From Chiloscyllium plagiosum (lineage: Eukaryota), in assembly GCF_004010195.1 (NCBI RefSeq), contig NC_057718.1, positions 96,580,230-96,644,229 of the forward strand: a stretch of DNA of 64,000 nucleotides. Reading direction: 5' to 3'. This document shows positions 62,240 to 64,000 of this stretch, in pieces. The first letter of the stretch is position 1, and each line of letters starts with the position of its first letter. The translations under genes were made by a program, and so were the position numbers. Below the pieces are notes generated by a model. That model saw only the letters and a list, made by a program, of their open reading frames with translations, ran no database searches and was not told where the DNA came from.

Positions 62240-63250
62240 GCACCAACGGTTCTGAGAAAAAATGGCACAGATAATCACGCTGTACTTCCAATGGATTTCT
62301 TTTTTGTCACTTCGGCTGTTTCCCTTCAAATGGGTGTCCCTACCATAAGCACAGAGATCACAGTCAATTTTCCACTTAATTGCATTGAGGGATAATGGCG
62401 AGCAAATGCAGAACAACACAAAACTAAAGAGAGAAAGAAAAAAAACCAGTCGCAGCCAAAGATCTGGGGAGCACAGCTCCAATCCTGACTCATAAAGCGA
62501 GGTCTGCTTTCTGCTAACTATTAACTGACTTATTGATTTTAGATGTGTATCACACAGTTATAATTTTGTCAGAGGGCAGACCACATAAGTTGTTCTTTTT
62601 CTGGTTATTTCATTTAGTCTTATTCCAAAAGTCTGTAAATTGACGACCAGGACAAAAATTATAATTGACATCATCTGTGGGAAATATTTTATAAAACAAC
62701 AGGTCCAAATGAGGATTAAAGCCATGTGGTAATAAAATACAACAGTGAAGAATACAGGTCTCAGGATTTCTTGCACAAACAGCTGGGCTATATACTCTGC
62801 TGGGTCATTTTTTAAAACACATTTTGCTTGAAATAATTAGTCCCTTTCTCTACACATTGCCACTCAGTGCCAAAAGCCAGTATTCGTGAGACCAAACTGA
62901 ACCCAACTCCATCCACACAGGAGCTAGTTACAGTGATCCACAGATTTCCCTAGGGGGGCGATTGCATCGCATCTGACTTCGACTCCAGAAGATCAAGTAG
63001 GTGCTAATGGATTACAGTGTGGTCCGTAATGTGAGGTTGCAATCAAATTTGAGGCATCAATGTAAAGGTTTTTGTTTTGCAAGTTGCCATGAATGTTGAG
63101 CCATTTCAGGGGAAACAAGAAGGTGCAAAATAACTTTTTTTTTTCTTTGCCAGTGTTGCTGATCAGGGTGAAAGTAATGGGAATGGCCACCTTTTCCACA
63201 CAGAGTAGATTTGTGTCAAAGGTTAGGTCTGTGCCCTGCAACTTTAAATA
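62240..63250. promoter_or_regulatory. Candidate conserved non-coding island
   Basis: Repeat-free; TTAATTG, TGACTCA, TGTAAAT, CTAATGGATTA motifs. Confidence 0.3.
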
Positions 63251-63264
63251 AAAAAAGTGCATTA

Positions 63265-63678
63265 AGCTGAATAGGCTGTGGTTGTTTTCCCTGAATCATC
63301 AGGGGCTGAGGGGTGCCCTTATCTAAGTTTATAAAACCATAAGGGGCATGGATAAGGTAAATAGACAAGGTCTTTTCCCTGGGAGTTCAGAACTAGAGGG
63401 CATAGGTTTAGGGTGAGAGGGAAAAGGGACCTAAGGGGCAACCTTTTCACGCAGATGGTGGTGCGTGTATGGAATGAGCTGCCAGACGAAGTGGTGGAGG
63501 CTGGTATAATTACAGCATTTAAAAAGGCATCTGGATGGGTGTATGAATAGGAAAAGTTTAGAGGGATATGGAGCAAATGCTGGCAAATTGGACTAGATTC
63601 GTTTAGGATATCTGGTGGGCATGGACGATTTGGACAAAGGGTCTGTTTCCACGCTGTACAGCTCTACAACTCTATGAG
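63265..63678 (+). mobile_element. CR1 3' fragment
   Basis: Near-identical organisation to 7323-7735. Confidence 0.9.
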
Positions 63679-64000
63679 GCCATGTGCCACTGATTCACCA
63701 GAGGTTCCTCAACACGGCAGATTCCATTTAATTAACAGGCTATTTCTTTTGAAACATGGATTTTAAGCACCTTTCCACTGAGGAGGTGTCTAGAGTAGTT
63801 TCCATTCTTGGGACCCAGCTCAAGAGCCCTCTTGCTGTGCATTCTACAATCCCAGATCCTGTGGATTTTTCATTATCTATTAATTGCGCGATGATGGCAT
63901 GGACCAAAGCAAAACAGGAGTATGTATTGCAAAGATCAGGCAGAGCAGCAAGTCACTTGAAGAGATACCAACTTTGTTTGCGCATTCTGCAGGCAAAATT

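Overview
Eukaryotic, repeat-dense, non-coding window from a cartilaginous fish (shark), inferred from HE1-type V-SINEs, HER1-like CR1 LINEs and a Deu-domain SINE; the species cannot be fixed from sequence alone. No intact protein-coding gene is supported: recognisable ORFs are decayed retroelement fragments or satellite/gap artefacts. Contents: two SINE-associated/simple satellites (about 52 bp and 42 bp units) at the left end; many 5'-truncated CR1 fragments; a second CR1-group LINE with its partner tRNA-SINE; L2, Rex1/Babar and Tx1 remnants; solo LTRs; a hAT-like MITE; and two Penelope-like (GIY-YIG) remnants. About 20 short Penelope-derived terminal repeats from at least 5 families carry minimal hammerhead-ribozyme cores, and several are fold-back elements with 11-16 bp target-site duplications. 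Between the repeats lie repeat-free, motif-rich islands that look like developmental enhancers (CNEs), plus one candidate 25-nt exon, suggesting a gene desert or a giant intron of a developmental regulator. There are three assembly gaps. Family names come from recall of consensus sequences, not database searches, and many boundaries are approximate.
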